A DNA stretch of 64,000 nt from Phoronis australis (taxonomy: Eukaryota > Animalia > Phoronida), in assembly GCA_002633005.1 (NCBI GenBank), contig NMRA01000067.1:852440-916439 (forward strand), written 5' to 3'. Positions 60,737 through 64,000 of this stretch are shown one piece after another. The notes beneath the pieces are model-generated. The model was not told the DNA's origin. It saw nothing but the letters and a program-made list of their open reading frames with translations, and did not search any database. The translations under genes were made by a program, and so were the position numbers. The stretch's first letter is position 1; each line of letters starts with the position of its first letter.

Positions 60737-61250
60737 GGTTGTGTATAACCCTAGAAAAATGTCCAAATTTAATGGCTACGGTAAATTTGGAACATCATAT
60801 CTCAGAAACGGCTGATTGGATTCACATGAAATCTTGATTAATGTTTTACGCACTGCTTTCCAAACGCACTGCTTTCCAAAATCCAGCTAGGAATATAAAA
60901 TGTTCCACTTAAGCATGACAGGCTATGAAAACATAGGACTTTTACGATATTTGTGGAAAAATAAAAACCTTGCATGAAATGAAACGGTTTAGAGGATTGT
61001 AGTTACAGCATCTTTGAGATTTTATATGGAACATTTAGATCAAACAAAATTTGGTTATGTTTTTGATACTGTTGTTTTGCTATAAATTGTGTACCTTAAG
61101 GACTTGATTCCGCAACCCAATTAATGGCAGATTGATCAAAAATTTAATTTTACTGGCATTCAGTAGAGATAATATATGCGTTAACTTAGTTAAATCTAGT
61201 TTTGTAAACAATTGACTAAATTCAGACTTGTTGAGGAAGTCCTACATATC
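60737..61250 (+). mobile_element. About 0.5-kb dispersed repeat with short TIRs (relatives at about 43990-44512 and 35800-36412)
   Basis: Shared CATATCTCAGAAA start and TGTAAACA.TTG.CTAAAT.CA.ACTT..CCTACATAT end; TCAAGGTTGTGTA / TACATATCCTTGA termini. Confidence 0.5.
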
Positions 61251-61265
61251 CTTGAACTCAACATA

Positions 61266-62671
61266 CCGTATTCGCCGTAATAACCGCCCATGCCCCTATA
61301 AGCGCCCCCCACGCGTTTTCAGACTTTGCTGAAATAAGCGCCCAGTCCATGAACGTGTACATGCAAACAATGACGTACCTACAGTCCTAAAACTCGGCTA
61401 CAAACGTCTTCAATTTATCAAAAAATTTTTGCACGGGTCTTCTAGTTCTAGACAACAAGCGACACTGCTACTTTTGTAGCCTATTTAGCCGTGACTTATC
61501 ACTTCAAAATAACGCAGCGCTTCAAAATGAACACAACAGCGTTGCTTCGCTCTCGCGACGACCGTGTCTCACTGTAGTCTGACCTTTCAGTAGACACATC
61601 GACTGTCTCATGAATAAAAATAACTCGGTGTTAAACGCACGCGGCCAGGAAGCGCGCGCTACATACATGAACCTATCATCAAAGACATTAGTCGGGAACT
61701 ATCCATTCATGAAACGGGTAGCATAGCATCAATAAGAAATGAATATTGGCACTAATTTCCGACAATTTCTAATACTATAAAACATGTTTGCGTTATTTTT
61801 AAGATGGATTGTTTGATTAACCATAATTGGTGTTTTTAAGCCCAATATCCGATAAAATGACAACTGACAGTGAATGCTTACACACCCTTACACCGAAAAA
61901 TAACTGTCAGATAGTTACGTACGCATCCTGCCACACGGCGACTAATATGGGCCTTACCGAGACAAAATGTCGAAAGTTTTTAGCACGAGACCGGCAAGTG
62001 CTGAATGAAACACGCTCTGGTTCAGGTCTACTGCTTGTGCAAATTTCTTTAGACACATTACATTGCCTGTCTCTGGCCAAAAGACGGTCTCTGCTTTGGC
62101 AAATGAACTCTGGTGACACGCACGCGCTCGCTTACTCGCAGACGAACTTCAAAACAAACGTCACGTGACTACAACATGTGTGTTCGTCCAGACATTTTTC
62201 TCGCCGTGTTGCCGATCATACATGTAGATGGCACGATGTTGCACAGATTTGTACTTCAACCTGCCGTTAATCCAGACTCCACGGGAACTTAAAAAAATCT
62301 TAGAGACGCTACTTAATGAGGATTTCAGGTATTTGCTTGAGTCGAAACCATTTTTATTCAAGCATAGAAGTCGCCATATCGAAGACGGCGATTTCGAGGC
62401 AGTCAGTTGGCGAGTTTTCGCCCTGGGATTTCAGCACAATTTTCTGTAAAATGATCATAATTTAGCAGCAAAGTTTGATAGCAATGCACCACAGTTTTGT
62501 TGAAGGTCTTTCATAGATTACATATACGTCACTGAGCGTAAATTTGTTGAATCTTAGCTTCCGATTTCACCCGTTTCGGAGACCGGGTTTCAACCGCCTT
62601 GGGTTATAATAAGCGCCCCCCCTGAACCGAGCTTTTCTAAGCGCCCTGGGCGGTTATTACGGCGAATACGG
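61266..62671 (+). mobile_element. Same family, copy B
   Basis: Perfect 24-bp TIR CCGTATTCGCCGTAATAACCGCCC; TA on the left flank. Confidence 0.85.
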
Positions 62672-64000
62672 TTGTCTCCTGGCTGGGAATAAAAGCATAG
62701 ATTTTGAGGTGCAACAAACCCTTGCCTTCAGTAAAAACCAGCAACATTTGATTGAGGCCACTTATCAACTGTTACAATTGGTCTCAATCTTAAACCCAGA
62801 TTACAAATGCTCTCTAGACACAGTAAGAAGTGGCCGTTGGCCAATCACTGGCTTACTAAGTTGAGCAAGCTTCTCAAACCTGAGACTTATTAGGGTTTAG
62901 CTTCAGAACCAGTTATGTCATCATGTGAGTTCCAGGCATTTCAGCACAAAAAAAATTCAATTCAAACCAAAGAACACAGTGAACTAAACTTGAGCAAAAT
63001 ATGTCTGCAAAAACGGTGTTTTCAGATTCCAGACCAGGGTTTACTGTATCGTTACAGTAAAATCTCACCTATTTACAGCAGAAATAATTGCCAAGATTAC
63101 ATTTTTTTCATTTGCCAAGATCTTCTAATGATTGCTGTGAATGCCTGCAATTTGTCAAAATATCTTTTTACGGTAGCTATGGTACAGAACTTGGTAAAGC
63201 ATTAATTTGATGCTACATTATGTTTTATGAAAAAATGAGAAAATAAAATTTCAGCCGTCTGCCATATTGCGTCATAACTTGTGGAGACTTTACCTTAACT
63301 TATCTCTCCATTTACTCAGGCATTCAAAACCAAAAATAAACAACACTGAAAGCAAAGGGAAATTCAGTTAAAAAACAAAATGATGCTGTATGGCTCATTA
63401 AAACAGCACAACATTTACTCAATTTCTGACAGCTAACTTGGTTTCTGCACCTCAAGCACTCAAGTCTGAGTTTTCAAAAGTTTAACACAATCAAACTTAC
63501 AGGAACTTTTTGCGTAGCGATCTTGTTCTAGCAGTTGACAACCACATCAATGAATAAGATAGTTTTTGTCTAGAGTTCTGGGTTATCTCGTTGACTAGCA
63601 CTGACATATGTCTACATGAATTAGTACAAGCAAAGTAGTCCCCAGTTTGTGTACAATCAGCTCATTAAGCAGATAATAGAACCCATCAATTGACATTACA
63701 TTCTACATACAAGCTGTTGGTAAGTACTATCTGCACTCAAGACAACTCACCAAGTGTTAAACCAACCAGTCACAAGTGTTGTGTAAACAGGCAATAGTGC
63801 CATCAGTGGTCTGCATAGAGAAACGGAATACTTCATCATACTTTTGACCACTTAGTACTTGGAAAAGGTCAGAAAAGCAATCATAATTCTTCAGACTGAA
63901 TGGGCGTTGAACAGCAAATGAATTTGAAAAATATATAAAGCAGGGAGGTCCCTTGAGTGCAACTGAATTACGTAAAATGAGTGACTTCAAGAAGGTTTTT

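Overview
Eukaryotic (invertebrate-type, AT-rich, spliceosomal introns) draft-assembly sequence. The window is dominated by one minus-strand gene that I reconstructed by hand as 10 phase-consistent GT-AG coding exons from 42038 down to 2847. It encodes an atypical, probably O2-sensing soluble guanylyl cyclase of the Gyc-89D type (H-NOX, PAS/HNOBA, coiled coil, cyclase, long tail; about 785 aa). Its 15-kb eighth coding intron hosts an antisense nested gene for a secreted coiled-coil + fibrinogen-domain protein, partly lost in an N-gap. The most unusual structure is a 108-bp tandem array made from the 3' part of sGC coding exon 5 plus its splice donor. This gives five competing 5' splice sites: normal, +36 aa in frame, and three downstream of a premature stop. 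The remainder is intron/upstream DNA rich in non-autonomous transposons (5-bp-TSD hAT-like, Tc1/pogo-like, Harbinger MITE, Helentron/DINE-like, a decayed Kolobok with THAP remnant, Penelope-like hairpin insertions), minisatellites and haplotype duplications at single-N joins. All calls are by eye; no database searches were run.
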